The notes under the pieces are model-generated. The model saw only the letters and a program-made list of their open reading frames with translations, made no database searches and had not been told where the DNA came from. Positions 19,164-29,048 of a DNA stretch of 64,000 nucleotides are shown piece by piece (position 1 is the stretch's first letter; the number at the start of each line of letters is the position of its first letter). The DNA comes from an uncultured Clostridiaceae bacterium (GTDB lineage: Bacteria > Bacillota > Clostridia > TANB77 > CAG-508), in the NCBI GenBank assembly GCA_947167695.1, contig CAMVIX010000002.1, forward strand, positions 1,556-65,555, in the 5' to 3' direction. A program made the position numbers and the translations under genes.

Positions 19164-19580
19164 CTATTTTTTTCTACTAATGTATGTTTCTAAAATGTAT
19201 ACAGCAGCTAAAGTATCAACAATTTCTTTTTTCTTTTTACTCTTTATCCCCAAATCATTCATTGTTTTATGAGCTTGTACACTTGTAAGCCTTTCATCTA
19301 CCAATTCAATTTTTATTTTTGGGTACTTACATTTTAGTTTATGTAAAAATTTTCTTGTTACCTCTGCCCTTACTGTTTCTTCTCCTTTTAAATTTAGTGG
19401 CAAGCCAAGTGCTATTTCACTCACATCAAAACTTACAATTATCTCGTCTAGTCTTTTTAAAAGCACTTTATCTTTGCCTTGGAAGTCTATTGTTTCTAGT
19501 CCTTGCGCAGTAATTCCAAGTGGGTCTGTAATTGCAATTCCCACTCTGCTATCTCCATAATCTATTCCAAGCACTCTCAT
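19164..19580 (-). CDS. ruvX: Holliday junction resolvase-like nuclease RuvX (YqgF)
   Basis: 138 aa. Starts MRVLGIDYGDSRVGIAITD, the YqgF N-terminus. Confidence 0.9.
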   Translation of the reverse strand: MRVLGIDYGDSRVGIAITDPLGITAQGLETIDFQGKDKVLLKRLDEIIVSFDVSEIALGLPLNLKGEETVRAEVTRKFLHKLKCKYPKIKIELVDERLTSVQAHKTMNDLGIKSKKKKEIVDTLAAVYILETYISRKK

Positions 19581-19835
19581 TTAATCATCCAACCCAATAT
19601 AGTTTTTTACTAATTTTTCTAACAACTCATCTCTTTCAATAAGTCTGATTAAATTTCTTGCATCATTATGGCTTGTAATATAAGTAGGATCTCCTGATAA
19701 AATATATCCCACAATTTGGTTAATTGGGTTGTACCCTTTTTCAGCAAGTGCTTGATAAACTTGTTTTAAAATTTCTCTTGCCCTAATATTGTTGTCCTTT
19801 TCAACTCTAAAATTCATTGTTTTGTCATCTACCAT
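19581..19835 (-). CDS. IreB-family regulatory phosphoprotein (UPF0297)
   Basis: 84 aa. [27 protein letters not shown] signature. Confidence 0.85.
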   Translation of the reverse strand: MVDDKTMNFRVEKDNNIRAREILKQVYQALAEKGYNPINQIVGYILSGDPTYITSHNDARNLIRLIERDELLEKLVKNYIGLDD

Positions 19836-19845
19836 TTTTTACCTC

Positions 19846-20938
19846 CTATATATATGTTATTTCTGTTTTTTCTGTAGAGTCTATATAGCCTTCTAGCTTT
19901 TTTGTAACTCCTTCCATACCAGTTCCTTTGTAATACGTAGATAGCACAAAAGTAAGAGTTGGAGAAACAGGTATTTCCTTGGTGTTCTTAGTTTTCTTTT
20001 GTGGCATAAAAGGTACTGAAATGTTTTCAGCACTTTGTTTAATGTCTTTTAAGAATTCTATTACGGCCTCAGGCTCTACACCTGAAAATACAATAACAAA
20101 TTTGGGTCCCATATACCTAACGAATATATAGTCTGATGAAATGCTTGTTTTAATTAAATTTGCAACTTTTGTTACAATTTCATCACCAGTTTTTCTACTA
20201 TAATTTTCATTTATTTTTTCCAAATTTGTAATTTTAAACATACATACTGTAGATGTAGTATATTTGTCTATTGTGTGCTTGCCCACTCCATATAGATACT
20301 CTGCTGAGTATAGGTTTGTAAATTTATCCACTCTAACAATATTTTCCATTGTGTTTTGATAAATAACAGTTTTAAGAACAGATACTATATTTTCCTTTAT
20401 AACCTCTATGATGGCTGTATCAAAACTATCGAATGCATGCATTTGGCTACTTTCTATAATCCAGTATCCTATATATACATTATCGATATATAATGGCAAA
20501 AACATTGCAGATTTTGCTCTTGCAAATTCAAGCTTTTGGTATGGTAAACGTTCGCCTTCTTTTTCTATTGTAATGTACTTTGTTGTTGCAGTTGCTATGC
20601 TATCCTTAAATATAGCTTCTGTATGAAGGTTTTTTAGCGTTTCCCAATGCTTTTCATCTACATTTGTTGCCTTAATTACATATTCTGCTCCGTTAAATAC
20701 AACTATGGTAGAATACTTAATATCATATTTTTCTATTAACACATCATTAATATTTCTTAGTTTTTCGTTTACAGAACTGTTTTCACCGTATAGCATTCAT
20801 AAAATCTTGTAATACATTTAAGCTGTTTATTTTTTGATTTATATTACTGTACGTTTGTACTTTTTTGTGTATGGAAACATTATATATAATTAATCCTATT
20901 ACAATAATTATAAGTACAACTATTCCTATGATCTCCAA
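19846..20938 (-). CDS. membrane-anchored sensor protein with degenerate GGDEF domain; needs a +1 shift at in-frame CGG 20786-20788
   Basis: ORF 19846..20796 has a GGDEF-like fold in which YMGPKF replaces GGDEF. An unlisted 51-codon upstream piece (TTG 20938, RBS GGAGGTG, TM helix EIIGIVVLIIIVIGLIIY) ends at gct ata Cgg tga. Skipping the C gives NAI-G-ENSSVNEKL. Confidence 0.6.
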
Positions 20939-20959
20939 GTTTTTGTCACCTCCGAATTT

Positions 20960-23212
20960 TTAGTATCCGTTTTTCATTCTATTCATTTGCTCTAAAGTAT
21001 TATTCATATTACTTGAAAAGTAACCTTTTGAAGGATTATCCATTTTCTTCTTTTTATTATCCATAGGACTATATGTTTGTTTGTTTAACAAAGGATAAAC
21101 TATTTCGGCAAGCTCTTTTAGGCTTTGCATAAATGTTTTTGAATAACGATTTATTGATACTTCACAACTTACCATTGCCTCTAAATATGCTATATATGTG
21201 TTTTCATCTAATGGAATAGTGCACATTTTCACACTATCTTTATTAAACAACTCTGTCATGAATGACATTGAAGGAGAATTGTAATAAGACATTCCACCAA
21301 GCAAAACTCTGTCATTTAATCCCCTTATTTTCGTGTATTTATTTATTACAACTCTTAATTTTTCTTGTTTTAATATTCCTGCATTTTTTAAGTCTCTTAA
21401 AAATGCTGTTAGTGGTTGTATAGTGAGGATATCCATACTTTGTACTAGATAAATTTCTTGAGCCAGGTTAAAGCATTCTGGGTTTGTGTTAAAGTCGCAG
21501 TCTATTAAAACAATGTTGTGATTATTAGCTAGTGTTTGTAATATACTTTGGCTGTCTGTCTTATAATCCTCTTCTCCAGGTAATGCCGTATACACACTCA
21601 AGTTTTTATTAACTTTTATTCCATCTGCAATACCTTCTTTAAGTTTTTTTATAGATGTATAAGAAATTTTTCTTAATTCTTCTTCATTTTTTGTGTATAT
21701 ATAATATGAGTTTTTGTTTTCCGTTAAATCTAAAATTGCAGTATTTATTCCCATTGTTGAAAGTAATATTGCTAAATTATTTACTATAAATGATGTTCCA
21801 TTTTTAGAGCTACCAACAAATGCTACTATCTTTTTATCACCTGTTAGTAAATTTCCTAATTCGTTATAATTGCTATATGTTTCTTTTCTATCAATTTGAG
21901 TATTTGGCTCATAATAGTTTTGTTTATTATTGCTGTAATCTGTATATTCTTGTACAGGTTCTTCAGGTTCATCATTTTTTGTTACTTCTTCAAAATCCTC
22001 TAGCCCTGGAAGTGTAGTTTCTTCTGAAGATAGTCCTGGCAATGTATATGCATCTTCTTCCTCTTCTGGTTCATCTTCTGTTGCAAGTTCAAAAAGATTA
22101 ACATCCTCTTGTACTTTCTTTGGTCTTCCTCTTCCTCTTTTTACTGGTTCTTCTATTGTATTTTCTACAACATTTTCTACAACTTTTCTTGGTCTTCCTC
22201 TTCCTTTTTTTGCTGGTTCTGCTGTTACAGTTGGTTGTATTATCTCTTCTTCTTTAACTTTCTCTATAACAGGTGGCATATCTGTGTTAAGTTCAGTTTC
22301 TCTTAATTTTCTTTCAACTTCTACTGTCTTTTCCCTTTTTATTGCTGATGGTATAATAATTGGCTTTCCTGTTAATGGGTTGCTAACACGTTTTTCGATA
22401 GAGTCTATACTTAAATCTCCAATATTATTTGTTTTTTCTTTTCTTCTTCCTTTTCCTTTATAGTCTGCTTCTTGGTTTATTACATTTGATGTGTTTTTTC
22501 TCTTATATTGGTTATCTCCGAACATAACTAATTGTTGATATTTTTGAGATCTTTCCTCCAATACGGCTTTTACATTCATTGGTAAGAATTTAATTATTAT
22601 TCGTAGTTGTGCATCTGTATATTGAGATGCAATATTGTCAAAGCTTTCCACATATTTGTCTTCGTTTCTTCCTAATGACTTATAGTGTTTCAAAATGCTT
22701 TGAATTTCATTTTCATTAACGTCTGTATCGTTTTCCGCTTTGTAGTCTACGTCTTCAGAATCGACATTATAATACTGTTTTGCTTCTTTTTTTGTTCTCG
22801 GCGTATTTATTAGTCTACATACCTCTTCAATACTTCTATCTTTTCCAATTATAGCACTATATACACCTATTCCAAAAAGTTTTATTAAAAGTTTGTCTGA
22901 TTTTGTACGTCTATCACTACATATTAAAATAATTTGTGCTTCTTTTTCCCCATTATCTGTTGCTTCATCACTTATGTTGTCTAACTTTTCAAATAGGAAT
23001 TTATCTATTGTGTCATAGTTATTATTTGCAAACGGTTCTAGGTCTTCACCTATTACAATTCTATCATAAGATTTATCTCTTTGCATTTCTTTAATAATAG
23101 CATTAAAGTAATATACATTTTTATATGATATTATCTCCTTATAATCTTTTTGATATTTTTTTACTATCTCCTCAGATACATTTTCATCATTTAATGCAAA
23201 TAAAACTTTCAT
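20960..23212 (-). CDS. multidomain protein: receiver-like N-terminus, two AT-hooks, and a ParA/MinD/CpaE-like ATPase domain with a deviant P-loop
   Basis: 750 aa. AT-hooks KKGRGRPRKV and KRGRGRPKKV at about 22105-22225. C-terminal VAFVGSSKNGTSF...LDLT resembles the MinD/CpaE family. Confidence 0.65.
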   Translation of the reverse strand: MKVLFALNDENVSEEIVKKYQKDYKEIISYKNVYYFNAIIKEMQRDKSYDRIVIGEDLEPFANNNYDTIDKFLFEKLDNISDEATDNGEKEAQIILICSDRRTKSDKLLIKLFGIGVYSAIIGKDRSIEEVCRLINTPRTKKEAKQYYNVDSEDVDYKAENDTDVNENEIQSILKHYKSLGRNEDKYVESFDNIASQYTDAQLRIIIKFLPMNVKAVLEERSQKYQQLVMFGDNQYKRKNTSNVINQEADYKGKGRRKEKTNNIGDLSIDSIEKRVSNPLTGKPIIIPSAIKREKTVEVERKLRETELNTDMPPVIEKVKEEEIIQPTVTAEPAKKGRGRPRKVVENVVENTIEEPVKRGRGRPKKVQEDVNLFELATEDEPEEEEDAYTLPGLSSEETTLPGLEDFEEVTKNDEPEEPVQEYTDYSNNKQNYYEPNTQIDRKETYSNYNELGNLLTGDKKIVAFVGSSKNGTSFIVNNLAILLSTMGINTAILDLTENKNSYYIYTKNEEELRKISYTSIKKLKEGIADGIKVNKNLSVYTALPGEEDYKTDSQSILQTLANNHNIVLIDCDFNTNPECFNLAQEIYLVQSMDILTIQPLTAFLRDLKNAGILKQEKLRVVINKYTKIRGLNDRVLLGGMSYYNSPSMSFMTELFNKDSVKMCTIPLDENTYIAYLEAMVSCEVSINRYSKTFMQSLKELAEIVYPLLNKQTYSPMDNKKKKMDNPSKGYFSSNMNNTLEQMNRMKNGY

Positions 23213-23216
23213 TTGT

Positions 23217-23637
23217 TTAACCCCTCCAACCTTTTATTACAATTACAAATACAAGTGGTAATACTTGGCATATTACAAATAGTGTAACAAAGCCTACCAA
23301 AGAATAGAAACCTTTGTCTCTTGTATCTAATTTACGAATTCCTAATACATATTGGTATATTGCAGATAGTGCAACACCTAAAAAGCAAAATGGTATACTA
23401 TATATTTGTACTTTTTTTAGTATGTATGCAGTAAGCCCATAAGACTCGCTTCCATAACGCTCTACATAATCATCCAATTCTGTTTTTGCTTTTTCCTTTA
23501 ATTTTGAAACTTCTCCGTACTATATTTCTTTCATTGTTACTATTGTTAGATATCTCTGTATTGTTTGCTAAAGATATTGTACTTATTCCAACTGTCATTA
23601 ATATAATAATTAATAGTCCAACTAATACTTTTTTCAT
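23217..23637 (-). CDS. small secreted/membrane protein; needs a +1 shift at in-frame CGG 23515-23517
   Basis: An unlisted 41-codon piece (ATG 23637, RBS AAGGGGGA, signal-like MKKVLVGLLIIILMTVGIST) ends in ata gta Cgg aga. Skipping the C gives NIV-G-EVSKLKEKAKTELDDYVERYGSE, which runs into ORF 23217..23477 (two TM helices). Confidence 0.55.
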
Positions 23638-23854
23638 ACAGCTTATCCCCCTTTTAATCTATCTATATAATAATACAATAATATTAATAAAATAGCAAGC
23701 AAATTTGGGGAATTTTTTTTGATTTTTTTAATATTAATGGGATAAATTAGCTTAAGGGGACAAGATTATTCCTGTCCCCTTATTTTTTTAATATTTGCAG
23801 ATTATTATTCTAATATTTTTCTATATATTTACATATTCTGTCCAATGCTCAGTG

Positions 23855-24745
23855 TTAGTTTCCATCTGCCTTAATTTTTTCTAATTCATCTTTACTAACA
23901 GCTGTTGCTTTAATAATAGTTTCGTCATCTAAGTTCATCTTAAGCATTTGTTTTATTATCCTATTTTTTTCCTCTCTACCCTGTTCTTCTCCAACTCGCA
24001 ATCCATCCTCATATGCTTTCTTCTTTTTTAGATATTCTAAATTTTCTGCAAGTATTCTATTATTTATTGCATCCTGCACATCTTTATCACTCATAACTAT
24101 GTCTACTATTTTATCTATTTCCTCTATTGTTCTATTCATTTTAAACAATTCCCCCTTTTCTTCTTCACTTAAGCTATTTGATAAATATGCAAGCCACTGC
24201 TCTTCTGGAGTTTTTATTTCGTTTACTGTCTCTATAAATCTTGGTAGCTCAATGTAATGGTACTCTATATTTGTGCCTATTATTTCTCCGTCTGAATCTT
24301 TTCTCATTCTCGCTATTTCGTGATATGTATTCTTCTCGTTAAACAAGTTATAACCTAAAAGCCATATTACTATTGTCTTACTTGCTTCTACATACTTGTC
24401 TCCTACTTTTAATGAGTTAAAATGTATTCCACTTGCATAAATCTCTCCTCGCTCTATTACATTATACTCGTTTTCGTTCTGGAATTCAACATTTATTTTT
24501 TCTTTTCCATCAATTTCTGCTAAAATGTCAAGTCTCGTTTCTTTATTATCCGCATGTATCTTGTCTAATTCTACATCATTTCGTATTACTATGTTTGTTA
24601 TTTTCTTATGTAATAAGCTCTCCAATAATGCTTTTAAATATTCGGACCTGTAGTTATTTCCAAATACAGCCCTAAATGCTACATCTCTTCTAATACTATT
24701 TTCTTCTTTTGTATATGGTTTATACACCTTTGTTTTTAGTTCCAT
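23855..24745 (-). CDS. Rpn-family recombination-promoting nuclease / PD-(D/E)XK putative transposase
   Basis: Contains RLDILAEIDGKEKINVEFQ (PD-(D/E)XK core) and a C-terminal repeat typical of the Rpn/YhgA-like family. Start set to ATG 24745 with GGAGG. Confidence 0.7.
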   Translation of the reverse strand: MELKTKVYKPYTKEENSIRRDVAFRAVFGNNYRSEYLKALLESLLHKKITNIVIRNDVELDKIHADNKETRLDILAEIDGKEKINVEFQNENEYNVIERGEIYASGIHFNSLKVGDKYVEASKTIVIWLLGYNLFNEKNTYHEIARMRKDSDGEIIGTNIEYHYIELPRFIETVNEIKTPEEQWLAYLSNSLSEEEKGELFKMNRTIEEIDKIVDIVMSDKDVQDAINNRILAENLEYLKKKKAYEDGLRVGEEQGREEKNRIIKQMLKMNLDDETIIKATAVSKDELEKIKADGN

Positions 24746-24887
24746 AAGCAAAACCTCCAAAAATTCAAATTCAAACAAAATGGCTTATTTACTTGTAATT
24801 TTATCTACATAAATGAATTTTAGCGAATACAAAATTTTCTTAAAATAAAATTTCTTGATTAAAAATTTCTTGAAACAACCAATAAAA

Positions 24888-24940
24888 AAAGTAAACTTAC
24901 TGCAAATGACCTAAAGCCATTTTGTAAGTAAGTTTACTTT
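24888..24940 (-). terminator. rho-independent terminator of the 25039..26286 gene
   Basis: Arms aaagtaaacttac / gtaagtttacttt. On the minus strand a run of seven T follows. Confidence 0.6.
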
Positions 24941-25038
24941 ATCATTCTATCCAGCTTATGTCAATGCTTTTGAGCATAAAACATTTCGACAAAATTTGAC
25001 ATTGATAACATATTTCTACTGCTTTCTCAAATGTGGAA

Positions 25039-26286
25039 TTATAAATTATTATACAAATACCTCATCCAATAATAAACCGCATTTGCCCAGTTTTGGTCTG
25101 TGGCATATCGTGTGTTTACTCCTGTTAATGTTGACCCATTGTAATAATCTCCTGTTGCTACTTGTCCATCATAAATAACTGTTCCTTCTGGATTTAAATA
25201 ATATTTTGCAAATACTCTTGCTATTAAATCTATACTTGCTTCATATCCTGTATAGCTGTGCGCGTTTGTATATGGGTCTCTATCATATGCTCCATAGCCA
25301 AATAAATTTTTCTTGTTTAGGCATATGCTTGATGTTCCCCATCCACTTTCATGTATTCCAACTGCAGCAATAAATATTCCATTTACTCCATACTGTTTTT
25401 CTGCATAGTAGAAGTAGTCGCTATTGTTCTCTAATATTTTATTTTCATCTTGTGAATTGTTTGATAATACCCTCCTAAATTGTTCTAATGTTAATCCACT
25501 AGGACTGTTTAATTCCATGTCAAAGCTTAATCTTGCAAGTAACTGATCCTTGGTTAGTTCATTTTCCGAGCCTTCATCTTTATCTAATAAGGAATGAGGT
25601 TTTAAGTATGTTAGGCAGTTTGCAGGGCAGTAACCTGAATAAATACTGTATGCAATCTTATACCATTCGCCATCGATCTCTAAAAGCTCCACCTCTGAAT
25701 TTTGGTGTATTGTCATTATTCTTTCAACATCTTTATTAGGCTCTGGTAAAATGCCTAAAGTATCTGCTGTTACATAAAGTGTGTCTCCTACTCTTACATT
25801 ATAATTACTTGAATATTTGCCAGTTCCTACCTGCACAACCTTATCTATGGCAGCTTTAATAATTTGGTTGCTTACAATTTCTTCTCCTGTTAGTTCATCA
25901 TTAATAAATGTTTTTTTCGCCGTAACTTTTTGGCTACCATCTCTTCCTTCCTGCAAAACCTGTACCATTCCTTTTGGTAACTCTGGATTGTCTTGATATA
26001 TAGTTATATACTCTAAATCTTTTTCCTCTATTATGTATTCTTCATGATAATCAGATGACGTGTTTTTGTGCAGAATATCAATAATATTAATATTGCTTTG
26101 CAAATTACTGGTGCTTTCTTCCTGCACTTCTGGTTCTACAGATGCGTATGCAACTTTATTTGTTCCAATTCCAATAGAAATAGCCACAGCTAATATACAT
26201 ATCGTGATGGTAAATACTATAATTAATGTTGCTTTTCCATTTTCCACTTTTATATTACATTTTTCTTTAAAAGACATCATTATCAC
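25039..26286 (-). CDS. cell-wall hydrolase (G5 + SH3 + N-acetylglucosaminidase/LytD-like domain)
   Basis: 415 aa. TM anchor, G5-like segment ending VVQVGTGK, SH3-like DGEWYKIAY, and catalytic IFIAAVGIHESGWGTS. Confidence 0.8.
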   Translation of the reverse strand: MIMMSFKEKCNIKVENGKATLIIVFTITICILAVAISIGIGTNKVAYASVEPEVQEESTSNLQSNINIIDILHKNTSSDYHEEYIIEEKDLEYITIYQDNPELPKGMVQVLQEGRDGSQKVTAKKTFINDELTGEEIVSNQIIKAAIDKVVQVGTGKYSSNYNVRVGDTLYVTADTLGILPEPNKDVERIMTIHQNSEVELLEIDGEWYKIAYSIYSGYCPANCLTYLKPHSLLDKDEGSENELTKDQLLARLSFDMELNSPSGLTLEQFRRVLSNNSQDENKILENNSDYFYYAEKQYGVNGIFIAAVGIHESGWGTSSICLNKKNLFGYGAYDRDPYTNAHSYTGYEASIDLIARVFAKYYLNPEGTVIYDGQVATGDYYNGSTLTGVNTRYATDQNWANAVYYWMRYLYNNL

Positions 26287-26418
26287 CTAAAATTATTTTA
26301 ATAATAATTTTGAATATTGTCAATTTAAATTTCTGGAAATTTTTATTTTTCTTCTATATCTACTTGTAAAAATCTTCAAGATGTAATATGATAAAGAAAA
26401 AAATTGGAGGAAGCTTTT

Positions 26419-27261
26419 ATGCGCTCACGTATTAACAAAAGAGTTTCTAAATCTAATGGAAATATAAAAAATTTATTTAAAAATATTGAAATAGATTACA
26501 TCTTTTTAACTAAAATTGCATGCATAGTAATTCTGTATGTCATTATATTTTTTGGAATGAGTAGCTTTTTTATGCGTTCAATAGCAATTAAGTCTTTTGA
26601 AAATAGTGTTGAAAATTTCGCAGTTAAAAACCTTGATACGGTTTTTGAAATAAGGGATGTTCTGTTATATACAAGTGCTTCTGCAAAAAATAATGAACAG
26701 AATATTGGAATGAATATAAGTACCTTTACTGATATTTCGTTTAATATTGACAACCCTAAGGGAAAAACTATTAATAGTTTAAAAATAGACAATTTAAATA
26801 TTTATTCTGCTCCAGAGATTGGTGAGCCTGCTATAGGATATAAAAATCCTTTGGACTTTGGAAAGTTCACAAATTCTGAGCTCAATTCTACTGATAAAAT
26901 CAATTTCAATGTGTTAGATAAAGAAACAGATAATTTTGAAAATCCAATTGTATATAATAACTTAAGCAGTCCTATTACGCTTACATATATAAATAAAAAT
27001 GTTGCTAAAAACTTTCAAGTTCGCAAAAATGAAACTTCAATTTACTATGACGGTAGATTATTGAAATCTGCAAATGTAGATTTAACAAAGCTTTCAGCAA
27101 AAGTTTCTTTTGAAATAACTATAACCACTTCGTTAGAAGAAGAATATAAATGCAAAGTTTTCATGAATATCCCATATAAAACAGACACTTCTTCAGTTCT
27201 AGATGGATATTTATTACAAGAATTGCCATTAGCTGGCACAGCTAAATTTTATCAAATATAG
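26419..27261 (+). CDS. hypothetical membrane-anchored protein
   Basis: ATG 26419 lies 7 nt after GGAGGA. One TM helix, then an Asn-rich extracellular region. No family recognised. Confidence 0.55.
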   Translation: MRSRINKRVSKSNGNIKNLFKNIEIDYIFLTKIACIVILYVIIFFGMSSFFMRSIAIKSFENSVENFAVKNLDTVFEIRDVLLYTSASAKNNEQNIGMNISTFTDISFNIDNPKGKTINSLKIDNLNIYSAPEIGEPAIGYKNPLDFGKFTNSELNSTDKINFNVLDKETDNFENPIVYNNLSSPITLTYINKNVAKNFQVRKNETSIYYDGRLLKSANVDLTKLSAKVSFEITITTSLEEEYKCKVFMNIPYKTDTSSVLDGYLLQELPLAGTAKFYQI

Positions 27262-27275
27262 GAGGCATAATAAAA

Positions 27276-28997
27276 ATGCAAAAGCCAATTTATGAACAGA
27301 TGAAAGATAAATATTGGAAAGTTCCAATTGTAACCGATTTAAGAGATATGATTTTTCATTCTGCTTCAGTCTACAAAGATAAAGCTGCATTTGAATTAAA
27401 AGATTCAAATGGAAAGCTATATACTATAAGCTATAATGAGCTAAAACAAGATGTTGTATCTCTTGGTAGCGGTCTTATGGAGCTTGGGCTTACTGGGAAA
27501 CCAATCGGAATTATTGGGAAAAATAGTTATTCATGGGTTATATCCTATCTAGCAGCAGCAATTGTCGGAATTGCTGTACCACTTGATAAAGAACTGCATT
27601 CAGACGATATTATTAATTTTCTTAATATCTCAGAGAGCATGGCTATTATTGGGGATAATAAATATTTAAAATCGATTAGTGAAAATAAAGAAAAATTAAA
27701 TAATAAAGAATTAATCTTTATAGATGTAGATAACCGCTCCTCTTTATTCTCCTCACTAAACAGTATAAAAGAAAATGGATTTAAAAAAGTAAAAAATGGC
27801 GATAAATCTTTCGAGAAATTGCCTATCGATCCGAATGCAATGCATATATTGCTTTTTACTTCTGGTACAACTGGAAGTGCAAAAGGTGTTTGCCTTTCTC
27901 ATAAAAACATAGTTTCAAATGTTATAGCAATCGCAAGTATAGTTAAAGTAGATACTAAAACAAAAGTATTGTCTATTCTACCTATTCACCACACATATGA
28001 ATGTACAATTGGAAATATGCTTCTGCTTTATGGTGGTGGCATGATTACTTACTGTGATGGATTAAAATACATTAACAAAAATATAAATGAATATAAGCCA
28101 AACTTTATCTTGTGTGTGCCACTTTTATTGGAAAATGTACACAAAAAAATTTTTAAAGCCCTAGAAAAGTCCTTACCTAAGGCATTCCAAAAGCCTGGTA
28201 AAAGCATATTAGATACAATTCCCTTCTTTATGAAGCCAATTGTAAAACGAAAAGTAAAAAAATCTCTTGGTGGAAACCTTCATACATTTATTGTAGGTGC
28301 TGCAGCTATAAGTCCTAACATTGTAGAAGACTTTTTCAAACTTGGAATTCGAGTTCTTCAAGGATATGGGCTTACAGAATGTTCTCCTTTAGTTGCAGGA
28401 AATAACGACTTTTTCCACAACTATGCTGCGGCAGGACTTCCAATTCCGTTTATGGAATACAAAATAGATGAGCCAAACGAAGAGGGCATTGGACAAATTA
28501 TTACTAAAGGTGATAGTGTAATGCTTGGCTATTATAAGGATACAGAAGAAACAAATAAAGTTTTAAAAGACGGATGGTTCTATACTGGAGATTTAGGTAG
28601 AATCGATGAAGATGGATTTTTGTATATTACAGGAAGATGTAAAAGTGTAATTGTTACAAAAAACGGTAAAAATATTTATCCAGAAGAACTTGAATACTAT
28701 TTAAATAATAGCCCCTTTATTGAAGAAGCTATTGTTATTGGTAATTACGATGAAAAAGAAAAAGATACAATTGTTACCGCTTCTATCTTCCCTAATATGG
28801 ATGAAGTTAAGCTTAATTTAAATAGTGCAAACCCTTCTAAGGAAGAAATACAAAAACTTATGAATTCAGTAGTTCAAGACATTAATAAGAAATTTCCAAA
28901 TTATAAGCATATAAAGAATGTAGTTGTACGTGATGTAGAATTCGAGAAAACTACTACAAAAAAAATTAAGAGATTTGGAGATAATTTGAATGTGTGA
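27276..28997 (+). CDS. AMP-dependent synthetase/ligase (long-chain fatty-acid-CoA ligase-like)
   Basis: 573 aa. AMP-binding motif LLFTSGTTGSAKGV, and later YTGDLGRIDEDGFLYITGR and GKNIYP. Confidence 0.88.
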   Translation: MQKPIYEQMKDKYWKVPIVTDLRDMIFHSASVYKDKAAFELKDSNGKLYTISYNELKQDVVSLGSGLMELGLTGKPIGIIGKNSYSWVISYLAAAIVGIAVPLDKELHSDDIINFLNISESMAIIGDNKYLKSISENKEKLNNKELIFIDVDNRSSLFSSLNSIKENGFKKVKNGDKSFEKLPIDPNAMHILLFTSGTTGSAKGVCLSHKNIVSNVIAIASIVKVDTKTKVLSILPIHHTYECTIGNMLLLYGGGMITYCDGLKYINKNINEYKPNFILCVPLLLENVHKKIFKALEKSLPKAFQKPGKSILDTIPFFMKPIVKRKVKKSLGGNLHTFIVGAAAISPNIVEDFFKLGIRVLQGYGLTECSPLVAGNNDFFHNYAAAGLPIPFMEYKIDEPNEEGIGQIITKGDSVMLGYYKDTEETNKVLKDGWFYTGDLGRIDEDGFLYITGRCKSVIVTKNGKNIYPEELEYYLNNSPFIEEAIVIGNYDEKEKDTIVTASIFPNMDEVKLNLNSANPSKEEIQKLMNSVVQDINKKFPNYKHIKNVVVRDVEFEKTTTKKIKRFGDNLNV

Positions 28998-29047
28998 TGA
29001 GAAGGACGACAAAATGTGGAATTACCCTTTTTGTCGTCCTTCTCATC
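28996..29047. terminator. bidirectional terminator between the convergent ligase gene and uppP
   Basis: gatgagaaggacgacaaaa ... ttttgtcgtccttctcatc (19-bp arms), followed by a T-run. Confidence 0.6.
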
Positions 29048-29048
29048 T

